DNA of 64,000 nucleotides from a virus. Shown here piece after piece: positions 18,650-28,513 of this stretch (position 1 is its first letter; each line of letters opens with the position of its first letter). The notes under the pieces were generated by a model that had not been told where the DNA came from, made no database searches, and saw only the letters and a program-made list of their open reading frames with translations. The stretch lies in IMG/VR virus record IMGVR_UViG_3300021093_000007, one strand, 5' to 3'. The position numbers were made by a program, and so were the translations under genes.

Positions 18650-19468
18650 ATGTTAAAAGTACCTCACGAGATACAATTACATGTTACTCACTCTTGCAAT
18701 TTAACTTGTGAGGGATGTACACATTATATGAATCAGGGGCACTCTGGATCTATTACTTTAGAGGAAGCTGCAAAGTGGATGAGTAATTGGAATGATAAAA
18801 TTCTTCCGATGAGATTTACTTTAATGGGTGGCGAACCAGCATTACATCCAGATCTGACGGAATTCGTATATCTTGCTAGGGAGATGTGGCCTAACTCTTA
18901 TACAGAAGTTATTTCTAATGGATTTCATTTACATAAACATCCACATTTGTGGAAGGCTTTAAAGAGAACAAATACTATTCTCGGAGTATCTGTTCACTCT
19001 GATGGTGATCTTCAATACAGAGAAAAATTTGAGTCTGTATATGCGTTAATGAAAGAGTGGATTACAAAAGGTGCTCCTGTAGAAATACGACCATCAATTA
19101 TACATTGGATTAGGCAATATAAGGGTTTCGGTGATAAAATGGAACCATTTGAAGACAATGATCCGAAATCCAGTTGGAAGTGCTGTGTCTCTAAATTGTG
19201 TGTTCAATTACATGAGGGAAAACTTTGGAAGTGTCCAGCACTTGCATACTTACCAATGCAGGCACAAAAGTATAATTTGTCTGAAAAATGGGATCCATAT
19301 TTAAAATATGTTCCTTTAGATCATACCTGTAGTAAAGATGAACTAAAGCAATTTTTCACTAAAAAGGAAGAATCTTTTTGTTCAATGTGCCCCGCAAAAG
19401 AAGAATACTTTACTCCTGAGAATCCTCTCCTACCTCTAAGTCATTGGAAAAAGTTGTATGATACCTGA
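18650..19468 (+). CDS. Radical SAM protein, paralog 1
   Basis: CNLTCEGC, GGEP, ISNG, C-terminal Cys motifs (KLWKCP, CSMCP). Confidence 0.88.
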   Translation: MLKVPHEIQLHVTHSCNLTCEGCTHYMNQGHSGSITLEEAAKWMSNWNDKILPMRFTLMGGEPALHPDLTEFVYLAREMWPNSYTEVISNGFHLHKHPHLWKALKRTNTILGVSVHSDGDLQYREKFESVYALMKEWITKGAPVEIRPSIIHWIRQYKGFGDKMEPFEDNDPKSSWKCCVSKLCVQLHEGKLWKCPALAYLPMQAQKYNLSEKWDPYLKYVPLDHTCSKDELKQFFTKKEESFCSMCPAKEEYFTPENPLLPLSHWKKLYDT

Positions 19469-20111
19469 AGAGTTTGTGGAATATCCAGAAGATCCCCGAA
19501 ACGTAGAGCACTTTGATTTCTGTGGCAATACAATTTACAGGGCTTATAATATGCTAAGTAAATATGATCAATCTAATTTATTAAAAGAGATTGATAATGA
19601 ACTTGAAGTATGTGATGATAAGTGGGATTCCAGTGTAGAAGCAACAAATAGACTTCAAGATCGAAAATTATGGTATAAGACTAGTTGGACTAATTTTTTT
19701 AAATTAGTTAAGTCTCATTTGTATAACTATGCGGAGATAACCAACAATCCCAGGATCAAAGAATATCATGTTCAATCATACTGGGCGAAGAGAATGAAGG
19801 GAGTGAGTGAAGAGAATTATACTCACGAGTTATACATCAATTATGGGAATAGTCACAGTCATGAGCACTTTGATTTGGGTATGATATATTATCTTAAGAA
19901 TCCATCCAGAATATATGGAACTTTAATAGAAAACAAGGATAGAGAGATAATTATTCCTGGTGATGAGAATTCTCTTTTGATTCATCATTCTCATATAAAT
20001 CACCAACCAGTGATGCCACCACCAGTGGTTGCACAAAAGTATTATCGTTGTGTTATTGTGGTTGATTTTATGCACCCATCAAAGTTAAAAGCATATGAAC
20101 GCAGCAGATAA
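19458..20111 (+). CDS. Putative 2OG-Fe(II) oxygenase
   Basis: YWAK...HSHEHFDLGMIYYLKN...ENSLLI..SHINH..R. Confidence 0.6.
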   Translation: MIPEEFVEYPEDPRNVEHFDFCGNTIYRAYNMLSKYDQSNLLKEIDNELEVCDDKWDSSVEATNRLQDRKLWYKTSWTNFFKLVKSHLYNYAEITNNPRIKEYHVQSYWAKRMKGVSEENYTHELYINYGNSHSHEHFDLGMIYYLKNPSRIYGTLIENKDREIIIPGDENSLLIHHSHINHQPVMPPPVVAQKYYRCVIVVDFMHPSKLKAYERSR

Positions 20112-20328
20112 AATACAATACGCAAGTATTTTGACTAAAATCAATAAGGGGAAAATATCTGAGTTGACCGAAGATGATTATCTATGGTTAAAACAACATC
20201 CCACAATCATACCCGAAATCAGATGGCAAAGAAAAAAGTCTGAAGTAATGGAAATTAACAAAGATTGTAAGGGAACCATCAACGAGATATTGCATAATTT
20301 AGATTTATCAGATAGAATGATGAGGTGA
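20095..20328 (+). CDS. Hypothetical protein
   Basis: ORF track. Confidence 0.5.
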   Translation: MNAADKIQYASILTKINKGKISELTEDDYLWLKQHPTIIPEIRWQRKKSEVMEINKDCKGTINEILHNLDLSDRMMR

Positions 20329-20348
20329 TATAATTAGTATTGGTTCTG

Positions 20349-20543
20349 ATGCTTTCTATTTTTGATATTATGCACGACGAACGTCGTTATGGTTGGGTTG
20401 TTGATAAACGATATGATTGGATCAATATGCTTCATAAGATGGAAAAGTATAATCCAAAAAGATTTGATGAATTTCAATATTCTAAGGAGACAATTTATCA
20501 TCACTTAGACAGAATACAGCAAGAGCAAAATGTTTATGACTAA
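20349..20543 (+). CDS. Hypothetical protein
   Basis: ORF track; ATG start chosen. Confidence 0.55.
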   Translation: MLSIFDIMHDERRYGWVVDKRYDWINMLHKMEKYNPKRFDEFQYSKETIYHHLDRIQQEQNVYD

Positions 20544-20545
20544 GT

Positions 20546-21025
20546 ATGGAACATTTAAAGATTAAACCAAACCAAACTATTCTTGTTCTCAATTCAAGTT
20601 ATGAACCAATCAATTTTACTAATTGGAAGAGGGCGGTTATTTTAGTTTTAAAGGAAAAGGTTCAAGTCATATCTGAAAGAGTAATTAGATTACTGAGTTA
20701 TATTAAAGTCCCGATTAATTATGCTGCCAGGTGCCGACCATCAAGATCAATGATTTATAAAAGAGATCGTAATACCTGCCAATATTGTGGATCAACGCAT
20801 AGATTAACTATAGATCATGTTCTTCCCCGTAGTAAAGGTGGTGAGGATAATTGGGAAAATTTAGTTGTTGCATGTTCTACATGCAATACTAAAAAGGGGA
20901 ATAGACTATTAGAACATACTAATATGAGATTAGTTCGTCAACCACGAGCACCTTGGAATAAAGTTGCATTTGATTTGGCAAATTGTAACGTGCCTGAATG
21001 GAAAGAATATTCTTACGCTGACTAG
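20546..21025 (+). CDS. HNH endonuclease (McrA-like)
   Basis: LVLNSSYEP, RDRNTCQYCG, LTIDHVLPRSKGG, NLVVACSTCNTKKG. Confidence 0.92.
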   Translation: MEHLKIKPNQTILVLNSSYEPINFTNWKRAVILVLKEKVQVISERVIRLLSYIKVPINYAARCRPSRSMIYKRDRNTCQYCGSTHRLTIDHVLPRSKGGEDNWENLVVACSTCNTKKGNRLLEHTNMRLVRQPRAPWNKVAFDLANCNVPEWKEYSYAD

Positions 21026-21035
21026 GAGATTTTAA

Positions 21036-21587
21036 ATGTTTTTTCGTAAATTAAATAGACAATTTTTTGTAGGTTCCTATCTTAAAACTGGTAAAAAAAT
21101 TGAATATGGAATGGATACTCCATTTGGATTTGCTGGAATTAAATATTCATATATCAACACTAAAGATGAAAGCGGTCTTCTTGAGGTAATTCCAGAATCT
21201 TATAGGGACAACTGCACACTATCTTTGATGGAATTGAATTATAAGATTCCTCCTCATACTGATAGTAACATTGAGGCAATCATCAACTTTTATATTAAGA
21301 CAGATAGATGTGTAACTCAATTTTATTATCCACAAGAGGAAGCGTCCACAACTAAAATTGCAAATCAAACAGATGGTGCAATCTTCCATGAAGGTCATCT
21401 AAAAAAATCTGTAAGATTTATGGCACACCCTGGAGATGCATATCTCCTTGATGTATCTAAACCACACTCGGTCTATCCTATGGAAGCAGGACTCCCTGAT
21501 CGTAAAGCAATTTGTTTACAAATTCTTTATAAGTCTTTTGATGAAGCAGTAGAGATGTTAAAAGAGACAGGATACATTGATGAATAA
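21036..21587 (+). CDS. Cupin/2OG-Fe(II) oxygenase-like protein
   Basis: IPPHTD..IINFY...YLLDVSKPHSV..R. Confidence 0.62.
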   Translation: MFFRKLNRQFFVGSYLKTGKKIEYGMDTPFGFAGIKYSYINTKDESGLLEVIPESYRDNCTLSLMELNYKIPPHTDSNIEAIINFYIKTDRCVTQFYYPQEEASTTKIANQTDGAIFHEGHLKKSVRFMAHPGDAYLLDVSKPHSVYPMEAGLPDRKAICLQILYKSFDEAVEMLKETGYIDE

Positions 21588-22122
21588 TATAGAAGTTATT
21601 GATAATTATCTCCACAAAAGAGAACATCAATTAATTTATGATTACTTTACTGGTGCCTTAGATAAGGGAGATACCGCAAATTCTTGTACATGGACTTTTT
21701 TCCCTGGATGTAGTATGTTGGGTGATGAAGATAATTGGTTTCACTTTACACAATTAATTTTTGCCTCACATACTATTTTAAGTCCATCTTTTGATTTGAT
21801 GCGACCCATTATACAAAAAGAAAACATGTCAGCAATTGCTAGAATTAAGGCAAATTGTATGATAATGACTGAACAACTAAAGGTTTTTACTAATGGATTT
21901 CACTGTGATTTTAGGGGACATTTAACAACAGGAATTTATTATATAAATTCAAATGATGGATATACTTTGTTTGAAAATGGAACAAAAGTTAAAAGTGTTG
22001 CAAATAGATTCTGCAAATTCGATTGTAATTTAAAACACACTGCAACTACGTGTACAAATTCAACCACACGCTTATTAATTAATTTTAATTATCATTCTCA
22101 TCCTAAAGATGAAACAGTTTGA
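21580..22122 (+). CDS. 2OG-Fe(II) oxygenase-like cyanophage protein
   Basis: RIKAN..FHCD..TGIYYINSNDGYT.F..SVANR..H..R..INFNY. Confidence 0.7.
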   Translation: MNNIEVIDNYLHKREHQLIYDYFTGALDKGDTANSCTWTFFPGCSMLGDEDNWFHFTQLIFASHTILSPSFDLMRPIIQKENMSAIARIKANCMIMTEQLKVFTNGFHCDFRGHLTTGIYYINSNDGYTLFENGTKVKSVANRFCKFDCNLKHTATTCTNSTTRLLINFNYHSHPKDETV

Positions 22123-22960
22123 TACCAAACAGATAGAACTGCATGTTACTCATGCATGTAATTTTTCATGTGAGGGATGCTCTCATTACTCTAATCATGG
22201 ACACTCTGGCACACTAAATCTAGAAACTGCAAAAGAATGGCTATATATTTGGGGTCAAAGAGTCAAACCTAAAACATTTGTTATACTTGGTGGAGAACCA
22301 ACTCTTAATAAAGAATTGGTCGATCTTGTATATTTGGTGAGGATGATATATCCAGATCCATATACTCAAATTGATTTAGTTTCAAATGCTAGTTTTTTGC
22401 ACTTACATCCCAAGTTACCAAAAGCTTTGATTGCGACTCAAACTAATCTTGCAATATCAATTCATAGTACAACACATAAGGACTACGTAAAAAAGTTTAA
22501 AACGGGATATAATCTTGCCAAACAGTGGAAGCATGATCTTGGAGTTCATGTTGAATTTTGGGATTATACTAACGAACATTGGACTCCACAATATAAAGGG
22601 TTCGGTTCAAACATGATTCCTTACGAGGATAATAATTCTCGTAAAAGTTGGGAAATTTGTATCTCTAAACATGCTATTCAGTTGCATGAAAATAAACTTT
22701 GGAAGTGCCCAGCATTAGCATATTTGCCAATGCAATCTAAAAAATATAATCTTAGTGCTAAATGGGAACCATATTTAAAATATGCTCCATTAGATGTAAG
22801 TTGCACAGACGATGAATTGGAAGAATTTTTAGGTAGAGAAGATGAATCATATTGTTCAATGTGTCCCGCAAATAAGGTTAAAAATTTTGTAAAAGAAGAT
22901 CCAACACTACCAGTAAGTTATTGGGAGAAAAGATATGATAACATGGGGAATATCATCTAA
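22109..22960 (+). CDS. Radical SAM protein, paralog 2
   Basis: CNFSCEGC, GGEP; long near-identical blocks with 18650..19468. Confidence 0.88.
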   Translation: MKQFDTKQIELHVTHACNFSCEGCSHYSNHGHSGTLNLETAKEWLYIWGQRVKPKTFVILGGEPTLNKELVDLVYLVRMIYPDPYTQIDLVSNASFLHLHPKLPKALIATQTNLAISIHSTTHKDYVKKFKTGYNLAKQWKHDLGVHVEFWDYTNEHWTPQYKGFGSNMIPYEDNNSRKSWEICISKHAIQLHENKLWKCPALAYLPMQSKKYNLSAKWEPYLKYAPLDVSCTDDELEEFLGREDESYCSMCPANKVKNFVKEDPTLPVSYWEKRYDNMGNII

Positions 22961-24359
22961 TAGTCATAATGCTGCTATGTCAGTATTTGTAAAAGACAAA
23001 TTGGTATTCGCCAGTGAGAGTGAACGATTTAGTAAAATTAAAAATGACCCATATATATCGGACTCATTGTTAAATTATGCTTTGAGATATGGAAAACCAG
23101 AATTAATCTGCTGGTATGAGAATCCTCTAAAAAAGAGGATGAGGCAAATTTATGCTGGTCAAGGACCATTTGTTAATAATTTTGAGAGATATTACGAATG
23201 TGAACATAAATTCTTTAACCACCACTATACACATGCATGTGGTGGTTATTTTACCAGTAAATTTAAACATGCTGCTGTTCTTGTTATTGATGCTATTGGT
23301 GAATTCCAAACACTTACAATTTGGGAAGCATCTGGTAAAGACTTAAAGTTAAAATATGAATTAAAATATCCAAATAGTATTGGTTTATTATATTCTGCAA
23401 TGACTCAAAGATGCGGATTAAAACCTAATGAAGAAGAATATATCTTAATGGCATTATCTGCTTTAGGTGATAAGAGCAAGTTAAAAGATGCTATCTTTGA
23501 TGATTTTATAACTGATGATTTTAAATGTAAGGTCAATTTACATCGTGGATGTAAGAATTGGAGACCAGAAGAATCTAAAGAAGATATTGCAGCTGCTACT
23601 CAAGAAGTATATGAAATACTTTTTAATAATGCATTGAGATTGACTAAAAAATTAGTTCATACTAATAATCTTGTATTGATGGGTGGATGTGCTTTAAATT
23701 GTGTTGCTAATCGACATGCATATAACCACTTTAAGAACGTGTGGATAATGCCAGCACCTGGAGATAGTGGTTCTGCGATTGGTGCAGTGTTAGCACATAA
23801 AAAGAAACATATCAAATTTACTCCATATCTTGGATATTATTTGCCACATAAGCATACAAATATTCAAATAGTAAATTATTTGTATGAACATAAAGTTTGT
23901 GGTCTTGCGCGAGGTCGAGCAGAATTTGGACCAAGGGCATTGGGAGCAAGAAGTCTTATTGCAGATCCAACGGATCCAAATATAAAAGATAAGGTTAATA
24001 AGATAAAAAATAGAGAATCTTATAGACCATTCTCTCCAGTTGTTCCAATAGAGTTTGCAAATACTTATTTTGATATGCATCATGATTTAGTGGAGAGTCC
24101 ATTTATGCAACATGCTGTTAGATGTAAGTATCCAGAAAAGTTTCCTGGGATCGTGCATGTTGATGGGACAAGTCGATTGCAGACTGTTAAAAAAAGTGAT
24201 GCTCCTAGACTTTATAATCTTTTATATCAGTGGAAGGAAAAAACTGGACATCCTATGCTATTGAATACTAGTTTAAATATTAAAGGACAACCAATACTAA
24301 ATGATGAAATAGATTGTGATAAGTGGTCTAGACTTTACAATATTCAAATATTTTCATGA
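22935..24359 (+). CDS. Carbamoyltransferase (CmcH/NodU family)
   Basis: HHYTH, DAIGE, GGCALN, EFGPRALGARS, HVDGTSRLQTV, LNTSLN. Confidence 0.92.
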   Translation: MITWGISSNSHNAAMSVFVKDKLVFASESERFSKIKNDPYISDSLLNYALRYGKPELICWYENPLKKRMRQIYAGQGPFVNNFERYYECEHKFFNHHYTHACGGYFTSKFKHAAVLVIDAIGEFQTLTIWEASGKDLKLKYELKYPNSIGLLYSAMTQRCGLKPNEEEYILMALSALGDKSKLKDAIFDDFITDDFKCKVNLHRGCKNWRPEESKEDIAAATQEVYEILFNNALRLTKKLVHTNNLVLMGGCALNCVANRHAYNHFKNVWIMPAPGDSGSAIGAVLAHKKKHIKFTPYLGYYLPHKHTNIQIVNYLYEHKVCGLARGRAEFGPRALGARSLIADPTDPNIKDKVNKIKNRESYRPFSPVVPIEFANTYFDMHHDLVESPFMQHAVRCKYPEKFPGIVHVDGTSRLQTVKKSDAPRLYNLLYQWKEKTGHPMLLNTSLNIKGQPILNDEIDCDKWSRLYNIQIFS

Positions 24360-25138
24360 CAATATTAAAATTAACTGAAAGAATTGATAATAAATTATTA
24401 CTTCCAAATAAAGAATTACTTGTTGGAGTTTGCAAGTGGTTTGATCAAGATAGTGAAGTATTATATCAAAAAAATTTAAAAGAACTTCCAAAAGAGTGGA
24501 GATTTAGGACAAAAACCGTTGAATATAATATTAACAGTGCTGGTTATCGAACAAAAGAATTTGATAAAATTAATTGGGCAAAATCGATTGTAGTTTTTGG
24601 AGATTCTTGCGTTTTTGGTGTTGGGTTGCCTGAGGAAGATACATTATGCTATAAAATACAGAAAGCACTTAATATTCCTGTAGTTAATTTGGGTGCTGCA
24701 GGGTCGTCTTCACTATATACTCTTCATAATGCTGCATTATTAAGTGAATCATATCCAACACCAAGAGCAATTGTAAGTTTGTGGACCTCTCCATATAGAC
24801 TACCATATTACACCAATGATAGAGTTATGAACTGTGGTAATTGGAATTATGATCGATTTAAAATTGGTTATTATTGGAATGAAAACAAGGATAATGCGAT
24901 AATCCAATTAAAATTAAATGCCATAGCATTTAGAGAAATGTGGAAGAATAGGACTAATTATTTTGAACTAAGTTTATTCCCAGATACCGCTCAGATTTTA
25001 CAATGTAATTTTGTAAATCAAATTGATTTTGCCAGAGATATGAGGAAGCAAAAGTCTGGATATTATTCCGCACATCCAGGAGAGAAGACAAATCAATTTG
25101 CCGCAGAAAAGGTAATTGCTGGGTTGCAGATTGGGTGA
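24356..25138 (+). CDS. SGNH/GDSL-like protein, paralog 1
   Basis: INSAGYR, FGDSCVFGVG, NLGAAGSS, DFARD...HPG. Confidence 0.65.
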   Translation: MTILKLTERIDNKLLLPNKELLVGVCKWFDQDSEVLYQKNLKELPKEWRFRTKTVEYNINSAGYRTKEFDKINWAKSIVVFGDSCVFGVGLPEEDTLCYKIQKALNIPVVNLGAAGSSSLYTLHNAALLSESYPTPRAIVSLWTSPYRLPYYTNDRVMNCGNWNYDRFKIGYYWNENKDNAIIQLKLNAIAFREMWKNRTNYFELSLFPDTAQILQCNFVNQIDFARDMRKQKSGYYSAHPGEKTNQFAAEKVIAGLQIG

Positions 25139-25174
25139 TTCTGTGTTATCATAATAAGAGATGCTATAGAGGAC

Positions 25175-25324
25175 ATGGCAATCCGCACATTTTCTGACAA
25201 AAATTCAAATGATTGGAGTTGGGAAGAGACTCCAGAAACAATTGAAGCATTAAAGCAACTTCATAATACTGTAACTCAGGTAAATGAGAATAAAGTTCTG
25301 AAACCAAAGCCTGTAAAGAAATGA
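25175..25324 (+). CDS. Small hypothetical protein
   Basis: 49-aa ORF, GAGGA SD, TTGCAG-N17-TATCAT promoter upstream. Confidence 0.55.
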   Translation: MAIRTFSDKNSNDWSWEETPETIEALKQLHNTVTQVNENKVLKPKPVKK

Positions 25325-25533
25325 CAGAAGATAAGAAGTTGATTGATGATTGCTTTTACGTTGATTCAAAAAAATATGGACTCTGGTATTCAACAGACAA
25401 AGAAGGTAACGGACTTATCACGGCTCTCACTGAAAAGTCATGTATATCAGGAACCCGTTTTTATCTTAAAGGACGGCAGGAAGGTTGGTCTTAGACCAAA
25501 ACCTATGAAGGTAATGTAGATGGAAAACTCTAA
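25321..25533 (+). pseudogene. Small cyanophage gene with in-frame TAG at codon 58
   Basis: ...RFYLKGRQEGWS*TKTYEGNVDGKL*; TAG at 25492-25494. Confidence 0.5.
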
Positions 25534-25687
25534 AGAATATCCATATCATGAATTAGACCCAACAACTCCTTGGTATGAGTGGTTGATGTATTGTGAGATA
25601 TGTCATCAATTAAACGTTGTTGGGCAACCATCTTTAGGTAGATTCGCTGCATATAGACGTTATTTAAAATCGGTAGGTGTTTTATGA
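25520..25687 (+). CDS. Small hypothetical protein
   Basis: 55-aa ORF read manually (PWYEWLMYCEICHQL). Confidence 0.6.
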   Translation: MENSKEYPYHELDPTTPWYEWLMYCEICHQLNVVGQPSLGRFAAYRRYLKSVGVL

Positions 25688-25950
25688 TGATTAAAAGATT
25701 TGTTGACTGGTTCTTTGCATCAGACAAAGAGAAGAAAGTGATTGTAGATTGTGCTGACAACTTTGTTGGAAGTAAGTTTACTTTACTTGACCTTATCCAG
25801 TCTTTGGAAACAAGATTGGAGAGACTTGAACGGGAAAACGTAGAGACAACAAATGCTCTCTATGAGATGGAGAATAGACTTCAAGCACAAATCGATGCTC
25901 ATTGCCCACCAATATATAGTATGAATGATTATTCTTTGGGAGACAAGTAA
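25684..25950 (+). CDS. Coiled-coil hypothetical protein
   Basis: ORF track, ATGA overlap. Confidence 0.55.
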   Translation: MMIKRFVDWFFASDKEKKVIVDCADNFVGSKFTLLDLIQSLETRLERLERENVETTNALYEMENRLQAQIDAHCPPIYSMNDYSLGDK

Positions 25951-26123
25951 TGTACGAACTTGATGATTTTGAAAAAGCACTTGCTCATTTCGGAACTCGT
26001 GTTGATGTTATCATTGCTATGGAAATGGGTGGTAAAATTGATGGTCAATCTGCATATAAAGAAATTAAGGCAGAATTAAAAGAACTTAAAAGAGCAAAAA
26101 AGCAATACGCTAAAGAACAGTGA
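25950..26123 (+). CDS. Conserved small cyanophage protein
   Basis: 57-aa ORF (FEKALAHFGTRVDVIIAMEMGGKI..AYKEIK). Confidence 0.65.
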   Translation: MYELDDFEKALAHFGTRVDVIIAMEMGGKIDGQSAYKEIKAELKELKRAKKQYAKEQ

Positions 26124-26896
26124 AGGTTAATCCCAATATCATAAGATCTATCAATTCTTCTGATTTTATTCCTCTTCCAAACATAACAGTTCAAAATTTT
26201 GAACAATTCAAATGGAAAGGTGATGATATATCTGGATCTTGGGATTTTTTTGGATCAGATGATTATAATAATTATCAAAATAATTTAAAAATACAACCAT
26301 TAAATTGGTATTATCGACGCAATCAAATAAAATATACTCTTAATTCGCATGGGTATAGAGCGAAGGAATTTAAAGATATTAATTGGAAAGATTCTATAGT
26401 TATTTTTGGTTGCTCATATATCTTTGGGACTGGTGTGGATGATTCACATACAATACCTGCAGTCTTAGAAAAACTTTGTAAAACACCTGTAATTAATTTG
26501 GGAATGGGTGGGTCATCTATACAATTTGCCTTACATAATTCTTTAATGCTTTATAAAAAGTATGGTTCTCCAAAATGTGTCATTTATGGGATGCCAGGTA
26601 TTACAAGATATTTGATGTATCAAAGAAATCATGTAGAATTAAAACTTGATTGTGATAATACTAAACTTGTAGATCATTTGGTTCCTTTTAATCTTGTAAA
26701 TGTTGAGTTAATTAGGAATTTATGGGAAAATAAGAGTCAATATTATGAATTTTCATTATTTCCAACAACATCAAAAATATTAGGATGTGATTTGTTTCAT
26801 CCTATACCCGATGATTATGCTAGGGACATGAGTCATCCTGGTATTGAATCCAACAAATTAATCGCACAAAAGATTTACAACACCTTCAGTTTATGA
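26120..26896 (+). CDS. SGNH/GDSL-like protein, paralog 2
   Basis: LNSHGYR, FGCSYIFGTG, NLGMGGSS, DYARDMSHPG. Confidence 0.65.
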   Translation: MKVNPNIIRSINSSDFIPLPNITVQNFEQFKWKGDDISGSWDFFGSDDYNNYQNNLKIQPLNWYYRRNQIKYTLNSHGYRAKEFKDINWKDSIVIFGCSYIFGTGVDDSHTIPAVLEKLCKTPVINLGMGGSSIQFALHNSLMLYKKYGSPKCVIYGMPGITRYLMYQRNHVELKLDCDNTKLVDHLVPFNLVNVELIRNLWENKSQYYEFSLFPTTSKILGCDLFHPIPDDYARDMSHPGIESNKLIAQKIYNTFSL

Positions 26897-27008
26897 TTAA
26901 ATATGTTAAGAAGATATTCAATACATTTGTAGAATATCTTGAAAATCAAAAAAGTAAAAAATTGGCCAAGCAATTAAGTAAAGAAGATCCTTTTATTTAC
27001 AAGTAATC

Positions 27009-27311
27009 ATGACAAAAATTTATGAGTCTCCTGATAAAGGAGAGACTATTAGAGAAAGAGAATTTAATCAGGCATCTGAACCTAAAAAGACCTGGACTTT
27101 AGAAGTTGAGAAGGTTCATGAAGAATATTTTATTAGTCTCCCAGATGATCTGCTTGATGCTGCCAACTTAAAAGAGGGTGACAATGTAGAATGGGTTGAC
27201 AATGGAGATGGTTCATTTATTATGAAAAAACTTCCTCCAATGACTTATGATGATATGATTGCTGAGGGTTGGACAATGACTGCAGATGGATTTTGGATAA
27301 AGGATAAATAA
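27009..27311 (+). CDS. AbrB/MazE/SpoVT-like DNA-binding protein
   Basis: ISLPDDLLDAANLKEGDNVEWVDNGDGSFIMKK. Confidence 0.7.
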   Translation: MTKIYESPDKGETIREREFNQASEPKKTWTLEVEKVHEEYFISLPDDLLDAANLKEGDNVEWVDNGDGSFIMKKLPPMTYDDMIAEGWTMTADGFWIKDK

Positions 27312-27337
27312 GTAAATAAAAGAAATATTATTGTAAG

Positions 27338-27901
27338 ATGGCAGCAACATTAACCGCTACTGGTTTAACCTTTGATGACGGAACTTCATTAAATTCAAAG
27401 TATGGAGTTTTGGCACAAGGAACAGTATCGGTATTTTTTCAATCCTCAGCACCAACTGGATGGACACAAGTTACCACTCATAATGATAAAGCACTGAGAG
27501 TTGTGTCTGGAACTGGTGGTGATTTTGGATTTGGTGGAGTATCTGGTGCTGGTGGATTATCATTTAGTACAGTATTTCCAAGTAGCACTTCTCCAGTTAG
27601 TGTTAATTTTAATGCAAATGTTCCTGTTAGTGGAACTGTTGGAGATACAACATTAACAACTTCACAAATACCGAATCATACTCATAACTCTCTTACTGGT
27701 GGAAGCGCAAATGCTGCTAGTGGAGGATCTAGTTTTTTGGTAAGTGGAACAAATAATACTGGTGGAGTTGTGTCTCCTGGGGGAATTGGAGGATCACATA
27801 ATCACCCATTCAGTGGTAATATAAATTTTACTGCAACTGGTAGTGGAACAATTGACCTGAGACTACAGTATATCGACGTTATTCTCTGCTCTTTTAATTA
27901 A
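27338..27901 (+). CDS. Small tail-fibre-like protein, paralog 1
   Basis: FFQSSAPTGWT..HNDKALRVVSG, TTLTTSQIPNHTH, HNHPF; late motif ATAAATA at 27304. Confidence 0.75.
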   Translation: MAATLTATGLTFDDGTSLNSKYGVLAQGTVSVFFQSSAPTGWTQVTTHNDKALRVVSGTGGDFGFGGVSGAGGLSFSTVFPSSTSPVSVNFNANVPVSGTVGDTTLTTSQIPNHTHNSLTGGSANAASGGSSFLVSGTNNTGGVVSPGGIGGSHNHPFSGNINFTATGSGTIDLRLQYIDVILCSFN

Positions 27902-27902
27902 T

Positions 27903-28478
27903 ATGGCAAGACTAACTTCTACTGGCATTTTGTTTGATATTGCAGATACTGCAAATTCTATTAATAGTTTTTATTGGTTGTATCCTGCTGGTACTGTAAA
28001 AGTCTTTTATCAGTCGGCAGCACCAACGGGATGGACTAAAATTGCTACTCAAAATAATAAAGCATTAAGGGTTGTTTCTGGAACAGGTGGTGGATCTGGA
28101 GGAACAACAAATTTTACAACAGTGTTGTCATCAGCAGCTGGTAATTTATCTGTAAATGTTAATAATACATTTCCAGTTCAAGTTGTCTCTGGACTTGGAC
28201 AAAACGTTGGCGATACAACATTATCTTTATCCCAATTACCAGATCACGTTCACTTTGGACTCACTGGATCACCAGGAGGATCTGGTGCTACACCTTTTAG
28301 TAATACTGGTGGTAGACTTGTTTTTGGTAGTACAGCTACAGGTCAAATGATAGAAAACACTGGTGGTGGTTCTCATACACACCCCTTTAGTGGATCTGCA
28401 ACCATGAATGAGACAAGAACTTTTGGATTGGATTTGTCGGTGCAATACATAGACACCATCATTTGCTCATTAAACTAA
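27903..28478 (+). CDS. Small tail-fibre-like protein, paralog 2
   Basis: FYQSAAPTGWT..NNKALRVVSG, TTLSLSQLPDHVH, HTHPF. Confidence 0.75.
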   Translation: MARLTSTGILFDIADTANSINSFYWLYPAGTVKVFYQSAAPTGWTKIATQNNKALRVVSGTGGGSGGTTNFTTVLSSAAGNLSVNVNNTFPVQVVSGLGQNVGDTTLSLSQLPDHVHFGLTGSPGGSGATPFSNTGGRLVFGSTATGQMIENTGGGSHTHPFSGSATMNETRTFGLDLSVQYIDTIICSLN

Positions 28479-28513
28479 ATATGTTATAATACAATTACTA
28501 TTTTGATTTAATC

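Noticed and set aside
20546-21025. HNH gene as an intron-encoded homing endonuclease
   Set aside because: Free-standing McrA-like type with no interrupted host gene or intron structure seen around it.
25492-25494. Genome-wide TAG recoding
   Set aside because: Long genes are intact under the standard code, others end sensibly at TAG (4208, 21025, 47828), and no suppressor tRNA was seen.
27338-28478. Diversity-generating retroelement TR/VR pair
   Set aside because: Paralogs differ at all base types over their full length and no reverse transcriptase is present.
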